From assembly GCA_028868715.1 (NCBI GenBank), contig JAGWUB010000001.1, positions 119,206 through 183,205 of the forward strand: a stretch of DNA of 64,000 nt. The letters are read 5' to 3'. The notes below the pieces were generated by a model. It was not told where the DNA came from. It searched no databases and saw nothing but the letters and a program-made list of their open reading frames with translations. Source of the stretch: Patescibacteria group bacterium. GTDB taxonomy: Bacteria > Patescibacteriota > Minisyncoccia > Phycocordibacterales > UBA9973. Made by a program: the position numbers and the translations under genes. Shown here piece by piece: positions 9,673-18,214 of this stretch; position 1 is the first letter of the stretch; each line of letters opens with the position of its first letter.

Positions 9673-9810
9673 ATGCATAGGATTAATTTAACTTTAGTAT
9701 TTTTTCTTATCTTTACTATCATAAGTTCTGCGTTGGCTTATAAAATTGTAATGAGTGCTTATGATACCTATGATATTAGCTATAGTGAAGTTCAAGTAAC
9801 ACATAAATGA
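9673..9810 (+). CDS. 45-aa single-TM micro-protein overlapping the uvrB start
   Basis: Manual translation MHRINLTLVFFLIFTIISSALAYKIVMSAYDTYDISYSEVQVTHK*; ATGA overlap with uvrB at 9807-9810. Confidence 0.55.
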   Translation: MHRINLTLVFFLIFTIISSALAYKIVMSAYDTYDISYSEVQVTHK

Positions 9811-11999
9811 GTATTTTTAAATTACATAATCCATTTCAGCCTGCTGGGGATCAACCAGCAGCCATTTTAAAACTAGTCCAAGGACTCAAAGATGGCATGC
9901 AGGCTCAGACATTGCTCGGTGCTACAGGCACGGGGAAGACTTTTACTATGGCTAATGTCATTGCAAAGCACAACAAACCCACTCTCGTGATAGCTCACAA
10001 TAAAACTCTCGCGGCACAACTAGCTCAAGAATTTCGGGAATTTTTCCCCACAGCTGCTGTGCATTATTTTGTTTCTTATTATGACTATTATCAACCCGAA
10101 GCTTATATGCCGGCATCGGATACTTATATTGAAAAAGATGCCTCCATCAATAAAGAGATAGACCGGCTTCGCCATGCTACCACTCAAGCGCTACTTACTA
10201 GACCAGATGTAATAATCGTAGCCTCCGTTTCCTGTATTTATGGCTTGGGTTCTCCGGAAGAGTACGAAAAAGTAAATTTAAAACTCGAAATAGGCCAGAA
10301 AATGGATAGGCTTGCGCTGATGAAAAGACTTATAACCATCCATTTTGAACGCACTAATGCCGACCTTACTTCTGGGAAATTCCGCTCTATTGGTTCTAGG
10401 GTAGAATTTATGCCGGTGTCAGAAATTATTATGTATCAAATAGAATTTTCTGGCGGAGTAATTGCTAAAATTACTAAAATTGACCCAGTTTCATCACACA
10501 TTCTTTCTGAAGAAAAAAATATCTTTATTTTCCCAGCAAAACATTTTATTACCGAAGACGTGAAGAAAAAAAGAGCTTTAGTGGAAATAAAAAAGGAACT
10601 AGAAACACAACTTAAGAAATTTAAAAAAGAAGGAAAGCTTTTAGAAGCTGAAAGAATTAAAAGAAGAACAAATTATGACCTAGCAATGATAAAAGAGATC
10701 GGATATTGTAATGGTATTGAAAATTATTCTCGACATCTCTCTGGCAAAGCCGAGGGAGAACCACCTGAAACTCTTTTGTCATACTTTCCTCATATAAAAA
10801 ATCCGGAACATACTCGCCGTCATTCGCACTCTGTTCTGGAAGGGAAAGACTTATCTGGTCGCAGCAAAGATTCCTCTGAGTATGTTCAGGACTTCCTAAC
10901 GATCATTGATGAATCGCATGTGACCTTACCACAACTGCAGGGGATGTATGCTGGTGATGCTTCGCGTAAAAATACCCTTGTAGAATATGGCTTTCGTCTG
11001 CCTTCAGCCAAAGATAACCGACCACTGAAATATGAAGAATTCAAGGAGCGCATAGGGCAAGTCGTATACACCAGTGCTACGCCAAGCGAAAGAGAACGTA
11101 GTCAAAGTGAACAAATTGTAGAACAGATTATTCGGCCGACAGGTTTAGTAGACCCAGAAACAATTGTTCGCCCAATCGGCGAAAAAAATAAATACAAAGG
11201 TCAGATATCAGATTTTATAGAGGAGACAGAAAAAACAATTAAAAAAGGATTTAGAGTTTTGGCGACCACGTTGACCAAAAAAATGGCAGAAGATCTTTCT
11301 ACTTATTTGAAAGATAAGAAAATCAAAGCAGAATATTTACATAGTGATATCAAGACGATGGATAGAATAAAAATTCTCACTCAGTTTCGTAAAGGGGAGT
11401 TTGATGTTTTGGTTGGGGTAAATCTTTTACGGGAAGGGCTAGATTTGCCTGAAGTAGCCTTGATTGGAATTTTAGATGCTGATAAATCTGGATTCCTAAG
11501 ATCTGAAACGTCGCTCATCCAAACCATTGGCCGAGCAGCCCGAAACAGTGAAGGGCGGGTTATTCTGTATGCTGACATCATGACGGATGCGATGGACTAT
11601 GCGTTAAAGGAAACTAAACGGCGTCGAGACATCCAGATTGCTTATAATAAAAAGCATGGTATCACCGCGACGACAATAAATAAAAAAATTCACGATATTA
11701 CTGAAGAGCTAGAGAGTGAGCATGGGAAAGTGGTAAACGCTGAACTCTTGCTAGACGTAGAGCTTTTCAAAAAAGCTTTTGCGAAAGACAAGAGCAATAA
11801 AGGGAAAAATGAATCTGATTCAATCAAAAATCTGGCGTTGAGTGATGAAGAAAGAAATAAAATAGTTTACGACAAGATAATAAAACTCAAAGAAAAAGAA
11901 ATGAACAAAGCCGTGAAAGAACTCGACTTCGAAACTGCTGCAATCTTGCGGGATGAAATTGTAGTTTTAAAAACTAGATTGGATAAAAAAGAAAAATAA
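9807..11999 (+). CDS. uvrB: Excinuclease ABC subunit B (with in-frame insertion)
   Basis: GATGTGKTFT, YYDYYQPEAY, IDESH, GFRLPSA.DNRPL, LLREGLD, C-terminal UVR domain. Confidence 0.97.
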   Translation: MSIFKLHNPFQPAGDQPAAILKLVQGLKDGMQAQTLLGATGTGKTFTMANVIAKHNKPTLVIAHNKTLAAQLAQEFREFFPTAAVHYFVSYYDYYQPEAYMPASDTYIEKDASINKEIDRLRHATTQALLTRPDVIIVASVSCIYGLGSPEEYEKVNLKLEIGQKMDRLALMKRLITIHFERTNADLTSGKFRSIGSRVEFMPVSEIIMYQIEFSGGVIAKITKIDPVSSHILSEEKNIFIFPAKHFITEDVKKKRALVEIKKELETQLKKFKKEGKLLEAERIKRRTNYDLAMIKEIGYCNGIENYSRHLSGKAEGEPPETLLSYFPHIKNPEHTRRHSHSVLEGKDLSGRSKDSSEYVQDFLTIIDESHVTLPQLQGMYAGDASRKNTLVEYGFRLPSAKDNRPLKYEEFKERIGQVVYTSATPSERERSQSEQIVEQIIRPTGLVDPETIVRPIGEKNKYKGQISDFIEETEKTIKKGFRVLATTLTKKMAEDLSTYLKDKKIKAEYLHSDIKTMDRIKILTQFRKGEFDVLVGVNLLREGLDLPEVALIGILDADKSGFLRSETSLIQTIGRAARNSEGRVILYADIMTDAMDYALKETKRRRDIQIAYNKKHGITATTINKKIHDITEELESEHGKVVNAELLLDVELFKKAFAKDKSNKGKNESDSIKNLALSDEERNKIVYDKIIKLKEKEMNKAVKELDFETAAILRDEIVVLKTRLDKKEK
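10802..10891. repeat. In-frame palindromic insertion element, family A (uvrB copy)
   Basis: 80-bp core 10807-10886 is 79/80 identical to 15111-15190; arms TCCGGAACATACTC / GAGTATGTTCAGGA; 90 bp = 30 codons. Confidence 0.92.
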
Positions 12000-12111
12000 A
12001 GACTTTTTAGTTTTTTCTGCTATACTAGAAGCAGTTAAATATAGATAGACACCCCCTATGAACAAGGCCGGGTGTGATTGTGTTATATATAGCAAAAATT
12101 AGTGAAAACCA

Positions 12112-14730
12112 ATGAAAAATCAGCAAAATATAGATAAAATAAGGGTTAAAGGGGCACGGACTCATAACCTCAAGAATATAGACATTGAGATGCCACGCAA
12201 CAAGATGGTGGTTATTACTGGCGTGTCTGGGAGTGGCAAAAGCTCACTTGCCTTTGATACTATCTTCGCCGAGGGACAGCGTCGATATGTAGAATCTCTT
12301 TCTTCGTATGCTCGACAATTTTTAAATCAAATGCCTAAGCCAGATGTGGATGAGATCACGGGTCTTTCTCCAGCAATTTCCATTGACCAAAAATCTCGGT
12401 CCAACAATCCACGCTCCACGGTGGCGACCATCACTGAAATTTATGACTATCTACGGGTGATGTATGCACGCATTGGGCATCCACATTGTCCCAAGTGTGG
12501 AGAGGAAATTAAAAAACTTTCCAACGAAGAAATTTTGAATTTTGTCTTAGAAAAGATAAATACTTTGACTAAAAGTAAAAAGAATAATAAAAAAATTATG
12601 GGGGTGGAATATGATGATACAAAAATTAGTATTTTTTCTCCCATTGTTCGTGGACGCAAGGGGGAATATTACCAATTACTCTACGATTTACTTGGGAAAG
12701 GTTTTTCTGAAATCCGCTTAGATGGTGTTATGAAAAAACTTCGCGAACAAATAACTCTTTCAAAAAATAAAGCGCACAACATAGATATTTTAGTAGATAG
12801 TTTTGCGGTGCATGAGTTTAAAGATAATAGGGAATCAAGTCGCATGCGACTTTCTGAAGCTCTAGAGAGGGCACTATTAGAAGCTGATGGATTAGTTTCT
12901 ATCAAAATAGGAGATGAAGAATTTATAATGTCTTCTAAGTTTGCCTGTAAAAATGACGGATTTTCTTTTCCAGAAGTCGAACCTCGTCTATTTTCTTTTA
13001 ACTCTCCATATGGCGCCTGTCCAACCTGTAATGGTTTGGGTTCTAAATATTTTATGGGAGATGAACCATGTGAAGACTGCAAGGGTGCGCGATTGCGACC
13101 CGAAGCTTTAAATGTCTTCTTAACCGCAGATGTTTTGGGAGATAATGGTAAGGCTCATAAAAGTAAAGTAAATATTTTAAATCTCGCTTCTCTCTCAATA
13201 AAAGATGCCCATAATTTCTTTAAAAACTTAAAACTTTCGGAGCAAGAGAAGGAAATATCTGTGCCGGTGGTTCGAGAAATAGAAGCTCGACTTCAATTTA
13301 TGCTAGATGTTGGTTTAGACTATTTACAATTGTCCCGTAAGGCTAATACACTCTCTGGTGGTGAGGCTCAACGCATACGTCTGGCTTCTCAGCTGGGCTC
13401 ACGGCTAGTGGGAGCGTTGTATGTGCTAGACGAACCAACCATAGGTTTACACCAGCGAGACAATGATCGCTTGATCAAGACCTTGGAAAATTTAAGAGAT
13501 TTAGGGAATACAATTTTAATTGTGGAGCATGATGAGGATACAATTTATGCCTCAGATTATATTGTGGACATCGGACCCAAGGCTGGAGTGCACGGAGGGG
13601 AAGTCATTGTCGCTGGATATCTTGAAGATTTATTAACTGCAAAGAAAAATACAAATAATTCTCGGACACTTTCATATTTACGTGGTGAGACAAAAATAGA
13701 AATTCCTAAAAAGCGCCGGGCTAGCAAAGGAGTGCTACGTATCGCTGGAGGCAAAGTTTTTAATATAAAAAATATGAATGTGGAGGTACCCTTGGGGGTG
13801 ATGACATCGATTACTGGTGTTTCTGGTTCTGGTAAAAGTTCTTTTATGTATGAAATTCTTTACAAGAATCTTCAAGGACGATTAGAACGTAAATATCGCA
13901 CCGCTAAAATTTTTAACTGCAGTAGTTTTAGTGGCACTGAATATCTTTCTCGGGCAATTTTAATTGACCAATCTCCAATTGGTAGAACCCCACGTTCCAA
14001 TATCGCTACTTATACAGGAGCTTTTACCCATATCCGAGATCTCTTTGCGACGACTGAAGAAGCGCGACTTCGTGGCTGGAAAGCAAACCGTTTTTCATTC
14101 AATGTAAAAGGTGGACGTTGCGAAGCCTGCGAGGGTAATGGTGAGATAGCAGTTGAAATGCATTTCTTGCCGACAGTTTATGTGACCTGTGATGTATGTA
14201 ACGGAAAACGTTTCGACAAGGAAACACTTACCGTAAAATACAAAAAGAAAAATATTTATGAAGTCCTACATATGACTGTAGAAAATGGATTAACTTTTTT
14301 CAAAGATATCCCAGCAGTTTCTGACAGATTGCAAACTTTGATGGATGTGGGTCTTGGTTATCTGGAGTTGGGACAGAGTGCTACGACTCTTTCAGGAGGA
14401 GAAGCACAACGGGTAAAAATTAGCAGTGAGCTTTATCGCCCACATACTGAAAAGACTATATATTTGCTTGATGAGCCTACTGTCGGACTGCACTATGATG
14501 ATGTGCAAAAGCTCTTAGAGGTGCTAAATAAGCTTGTAAGTAAAGGGAATACTGTGGTTCTGATAGAGCATAATTTGGATATAGTTAAAAGTTCTGATTA
14601 TATAATAGATATAGGTCCTGAAGGCGGAGTGTTGGGCGGAAACCTTGTAGCCAAAGGAACTCCAGAGGAGATTGCCAATAATGCCAAGAGTTATACCGGA
14701 AAATATTTAAAAAAAGTTCTCAAGAAATAA
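12112..14730 (+). CDS. uvrA: Excinuclease ABC subunit A
   Basis: Two ABC ATPase modules (GVSGSGKSS, LSGGEAQR) and zinc-finger Cys pairs. Confidence 0.97.
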   Translation: MKNQQNIDKIRVKGARTHNLKNIDIEMPRNKMVVITGVSGSGKSSLAFDTIFAEGQRRYVESLSSYARQFLNQMPKPDVDEITGLSPAISIDQKSRSNNPRSTVATITEIYDYLRVMYARIGHPHCPKCGEEIKKLSNEEILNFVLEKINTLTKSKKNNKKIMGVEYDDTKISIFSPIVRGRKGEYYQLLYDLLGKGFSEIRLDGVMKKLREQITLSKNKAHNIDILVDSFAVHEFKDNRESSRMRLSEALERALLEADGLVSIKIGDEEFIMSSKFACKNDGFSFPEVEPRLFSFNSPYGACPTCNGLGSKYFMGDEPCEDCKGARLRPEALNVFLTADVLGDNGKAHKSKVNILNLASLSIKDAHNFFKNLKLSEQEKEISVPVVREIEARLQFMLDVGLDYLQLSRKANTLSGGEAQRIRLASQLGSRLVGALYVLDEPTIGLHQRDNDRLIKTLENLRDLGNTILIVEHDEDTIYASDYIVDIGPKAGVHGGEVIVAGYLEDLLTAKKNTNNSRTLSYLRGETKIEIPKKRRASKGVLRIAGGKVFNIKNMNVEVPLGVMTSITGVSGSGKSSFMYEILYKNLQGRLERKYRTAKIFNCSSFSGTEYLSRAILIDQSPIGRTPRSNIATYTGAFTHIRDLFATTEEARLRGWKANRFSFNVKGGRCEACEGNGEIAVEMHFLPTVYVTCDVCNGKRFDKETLTVKYKKKNIYEVLHMTVENGLTFFKDIPAVSDRLQTLMDVGLGYLELGQSATTLSGGEAQRVKISSELYRPHTEKTIYLLDEPTVGLHYDDVQKLLEVLNKLVSKGNTVVLIEHNLDIVKSSDYIIDIGPEGGVLGGNLVAKGTPEEIANNAKSYTGKYLKKVLKK

Positions 14731-14734
14731 TTTT

Positions 14735-16051
14735 ATGAAAATTGAATCTTTCAAAAAAATAAAATTACCAAATAAACCCGGAGTATATTTTTTTCAAAAA
14801 GGTAAAACTATTTTATATATTGGTAAGGCAACTTCTCTTCGAGATAGGGTCAAAAGTTATTTTGGGAGAGATTTGATCAACACCCGAGGTCCGCTTTTAG
14901 TAGATATGATTTTTAAGGTAGATAAAATAAAGTGGCAGGAGACAGACAGTGTCTTGGAATCACTTATCTTAGAAGCTAGTTTCATAAAGAAACACCAACC
15001 TTACTACAACACTAAAGAAAAAGATGATAAAAGTTTTAACTATGTAATTATTACAAAAGAAAAACTACCCAAAGTTATTACCATTCGAGGCAAAGAATTA
15101 AAGATGCAGAAACATACTCGCCGTCATTCGCACTCTGTTCTGGAAGGGAAAGACTTATCTGGTCGTAGCAAAGATTCCTCTGAGTATGTTTCTGCATCTT
15201 TCGGTCCGTTTACGAGTGGTCCTCAATTACGTGAAGCATTGAAAATAATCCGCAAGATTTTTCCATTCCTAGACGATAAAAGTAAAAATTATATGGAATT
15301 TTATCGGCAGATAAATTTAGTACCAGATTTAAATGACCATAAATTATACTTGCAAAACATAAGGAACATAAAATTATTTTTTCAAGGCAAAAAGAAAGAA
15401 ATTTTTAGAAATCTAAAAAAGGAAATGCATGCTTATGCCAAAGCCAGAGAATTTGAAAAGGCAAGCGAAATAAAAAGACAGCTTTTTGCTCTGCAACATA
15501 TAAATGACATTGCTATGTTGAAACAAGAATCTACTTTTTCTCAGTCGCTCGGGGATGAGCTTCGCTCAACCACTCCTTCAAAAAAGCAAATTCTTGTTTC
15601 AGCCTCTATACGTATAGAGGCTTACGACATAGCTCATATGGGAGGTAAAAATATGGTTGGGGCTATGGTAGTGCTTGAAAATGGTGAGCCAGCAAAGAGT
15701 GAATATAAAAGGTTCAAAATTAGAACTCAAGACAATACAAATGATACTGGGGCACTAAAGGAAGTGCTGGAAAGGAGGCTGGCACATACAGAATGGGCCT
15801 ACCCGAGCTTGATAGTTGTAGATGGTGGCACAGCGCAAATAAATGTAACTAAAAATGTTTTAAATAAGCTCAAGGTAAATATTCCTATAGTTTCAGTATT
15901 AAAAGACGAACGACACAAACCCAAAGATATTATGGGTGACAAAAAAAATGCTTTGAAGTACAAGCGAGAAATTTTATTAGCCAATAGTGAGGCGCATAGA
16001 TTTGCCATTGCTTATCATAAAAATATGCGCAACAAAAACTTTTTGAAATAA
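14735..16051 (+). CDS. uvrC: Excinuclease ABC subunit C (short form, two in-frame insertions)
   Basis: GIY-YIG N-terminus (PGVYFF..YIGKA.SLR.RV.SYF), UVR helix, RIEAYDIAH, VVDGG, EAHRFAI. Confidence 0.92.
   Translation: MKIESFKKIKLPNKPGVYFFQKGKTILYIGKATSLRDRVKSYFGRDLINTRGPLLVDMIFKVDKIKWQETDSVLESLILEASFIKKHQPYYNTKEKDDKSFNYVIITKEKLPKVITIRGKELKMQKHTRRHSHSVLEGKDLSGRSKDSSEYVSASFGPFTSGPQLREALKIIRKIFPFLDDKSKNYMEFYRQINLVPDLNDHKLYLQNIRNIKLFFQGKKKEIFRNLKKEMHAYAKAREFEKASEIKRQLFALQHINDIAMLKQESTFSQSLGDELRSTTPSKKQILVSASIRIEAYDIAHMGGKNMVGAMVVLENGEPAKSEYKRFKIRTQDNTNDTGALKEVLERRLAHTEWAYPSLIVVDGGTAQINVTKNVLNKLKVNIPIVSVLKDERHKPKDIMGDKKNALKYKREILLANSEAHRFAIAYHKNMRNKNFLK
15100..15201. repeat. In-frame palindromic insertion element, family A (uvrC copy)
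   Basis: Perfect 20-bp inverted repeat AAAGATGCAGAAACATACTC 15100-15119/15182-15201; 102 bp = 34 codons; same core as the uvrB copy. Confidence 0.92.
15517..15603. repeat. In-frame palindromic insertion element, family B (uvrC copy)
   Basis: 23-bp inverted repeat with 3 mismatches 15517-15539/15581-15603; 87 bp = 29 codons; core TTTTCTCAG..CTCGG.GATG-hairpin-AACCA shared with the polA copy. Confidence 0.78.
15601..15622. repeat. Perfect 22-bp palindrome in uvrC
   Basis: AGCCTCTATACGTATAGAGGCT is its own reverse complement. Confidence 0.85.
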
Positions 16052-16530
16052 TGAAAATTAAACAGGAAAATATTTTAATATTAAATGATATTCGAAGTGT
16101 AGAAAATGTGGGCGCGATATTTCGTACCGCTGATGCAGCGGGGATAATTAAAATTTATTTAACAGGTTACACCCCAGCTCCGCTTGATCGTTTCGGACGA
16201 AAGCGAAAAGACCTAGCTAAGTCTGCGCTCGGGGCAGAGGAGTTTGTGGCTTGGGAGCAGAAGAAAAGTATTTTACCACTTTTGGAAAAACTAAAACGAG
16301 AAAATTATTTAATTATAGCTATTGAGCAAGATGAAAAATCTATTGATTACAAAAAGGTGAAATTAAAAAACAAAAACGTATTTATTGTCGGAGCAGAAGT
16401 CACGGGCATACCAAAAAATATTTTACAAAAGTGTGACGTTATTGCTGAGATTCCAATGCGAGGCAAAAAAGAATCATTGAACGTTTCAGTGGCACTTGGA
16501 GTGGCGCTGTTCGGTATGCTTAAGATTTAA
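16051..16530 (+). CDS. TrmH/SpoU-family RNA 2'-O-methyltransferase
   Basis: IRSVENVGAIFRTAD, IVGAEVTG, IPMRGKKESLNVSVA. Confidence 0.9.
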   Translation: MKIKQENILILNDIRSVENVGAIFRTADAAGIIKIYLTGYTPAPLDRFGRKRKDLAKSALGAEEFVAWEQKKSILPLLEKLKRENYLIIAIEQDEKSIDYKKVKLKNKNVFIVGAEVTGIPKNILQKCDVIAEIPMRGKKESLNVSVALGVALFGMLKI

Positions 16531-16533
16531 TAT

Positions 16534-16649
16534 TTGCGGAAATTAAAATCCTACCGGACTCACCACGAAATTTTTTTGCTAAAAAATTTCTCTGTCCGTC
16601 GCCGTCGCTCCTACCAAGGGTTCGCTCGGCAGCATTTTAATTTCCACAA
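16534..16649. repeat. Intergenic palindromic element, family C
   Basis: 23-bp inverted arms with 3 mismatches 16534-16556/16627-16649; inner hairpin 16567-16590; reverse complement resembles 43681-43738. Confidence 0.72.
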
Positions 16650-16650
16650 C

Positions 16651-17550
16651 CTACTTTTGACAATGGGGGCAGAAGATTGTTGTTCGGCTTTGGATGATAG
16701 TTTTCTTCAGCGGTTTGCCACAATTAACACACAGCTTGCCGGCCTTGCCATAAACTTTATGTTCTCTCGCATAGTTGCCCCTAGTATCGTCTAGTAGTCT
16801 GTATGTAGCCACAGAGGAACCGCCGACTTTGATTGCTCGATGCATAATTCTCAATATAGCCTTACGCAGTTTAGTTACTTCAGAGATAGAAAGAGAATTA
16901 GCATTTCTGTCTGGACGGACACGTGCTTCAAATAAACTCTCATCAGCGTAAATATTCCCGAGACCAGTCACTATTTTTTGATCCATTAATACCGCTTTAA
17001 TTTTTCCCTTCTTTTGTTTGAGTGCTTCCTTAAAATATTTGAGAGTAAATTTGGGTGAAAGTGGTTCCAAGCCTAGTAACCCGAAATGGTTTTCTAATTC
17101 AAACATTTTTGTATTCTTATAATATAGAAGATACCCAAACATTCGGGTGTCGTTATAATAGAGAGCTCCACGCTCAAGTTCAAATAGCACGTGAGTGTGT
17201 TTATTGGGGAGTTTTGTCTCTGATAGTTCTATGGGATGACCGCCACTGATAACCTTTGAATTAGTGAAGGACTTATAGACAAATTGTCCAGACATTTTAA
17301 GATGCGCCAAAATGATTTTTCCATGACTCAATTTAAAAATAAGATTTTTGGCCCGTCTATCAACTGCAATAAATCGTTCTCCAGTGACTCCTTTTATAAA
17401 CTCTGCTTTTTTCTTTTCGGATGCTGTACGCTGAGTTCCTTTACCAGAAACAAGCTTTGGTTTACTAATTTTCACTATACGGATTTTTTGACCGAGAATT
17501 ACTCGGACGAGTCCTTGTCTTAGGTTTTCTACTTCAGGTAATTCAGGCAT
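16651..17550 (-). CDS. mutM: Formamidopyrimidine-DNA glycosylase
   Basis: MPELPEVE, HLKMSG, GLGNIYADESLF, C-terminal zinc finger. Confidence 0.96.
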   Translation of the reverse strand: MPELPEVENLRQGLVRVILGQKIRIVKISKPKLVSGKGTQRTASEKKKAEFIKGVTGERFIAVDRRAKNLIFKLSHGKIILAHLKMSGQFVYKSFTNSKVISGGHPIELSETKLPNKHTHVLFELERGALYYNDTRMFGYLLYYKNTKMFELENHFGLLGLEPLSPKFTLKYFKEALKQKKGKIKAVLMDQKIVTGLGNIYADESLFEARVRPDRNANSLSISEVTKLRKAILRIMHRAIKVGGSSVATYRLLDDTRGNYAREHKVYGKAGKLCVNCGKPLKKTIIQSRTTIFCPHCQK

Positions 17551-17557
17551 AGCAACT

Positions 17558-18133
17558 CTACTTACCCCCCAATATCTTTAAAGCTTCGCGAATTTTTGAA
17601 TTAGTATCTGCGTCACTAGTAACTTTCTTTAAAGCTTCGCGCGCTTCATTTTGTGAGTAACCCAAAGATTTTAGTGCCTCCAATGCATCCAATTCACCCT
17701 GCAGGGAAAGGCTAGATTTTTCGCCAGTTTCATTCTTGATTCTGTCTCGCAGTTCAATCACGATTTTTTCTGCAGTTTTCTTACCAATACCAGAAATTTT
17801 GGTGAGGTATGAAGTGTCACCAGTGCTGATAGCGCGCTTGAGGGTTTCAATTGTGGTAATGCCCAAAATGGAGAGTGCTCCACGAGGTCCGATGCCAGAA
17901 ACATTTATCAACATCTCAAAAAATTCTAGTTCTGGATAGTCAGGGAATCCATATAAATCAAAAGAGTCTTCACGTACATGGGTATGGATGAATAGAAAAA
18001 TTTCATCGCCTATTTTTTTAGTTTTAGACAGCGTGTCGGGAGATATGCTGATTTTATATCCAACCCCAGCGGTTTCCACTATCAAAAACTTCTCGTTTTT
18101 TAAAATTATTTTACCCTTTATGCTTCCGATCAT
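17558..18133 (-). CDS. ruvA: Holliday junction DNA-binding protein RuvA
   Basis: MIGSIKG, HVRED..LYGF, VSGIGP, GIGKKTAEKIVIEL. Confidence 0.96.
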   Translation of the reverse strand: MIGSIKGKIILKNEKFLIVETAGVGYKISISPDTLSKTKKIGDEIFLFIHTHVREDSFDLYGFPDYPELEFFEMLINVSGIGPRGALSILGITTIETLKRAISTGDTSYLTKISGIGKKTAEKIVIELRDRIKNETGEKSSLSLQGELDALEALKSLGYSQNEAREALKKVTSDADTNSKIREALKILGGK

Positions 18134-18214
18134 ATGTTTATCATAGCATATTCACTCTATATTTCACGAAAGGCCGAGTTTGTGTTTTTTGAGGTTTTTT
18201 GCTATATTAAATCT

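Noticed and set aside
10802-15201. Family A repeat as a CRISPR repeat, intein, or group I/II intron
   Set aside because: Two copies 4.3 kb apart with no spacers or cas genes; far too short and lacking intein or ribozyme motifs.
16534-16794. 86-aa + strand ORF
   Set aside because: Runs through the palindromic element and antisense to mutM; no protein-like features.
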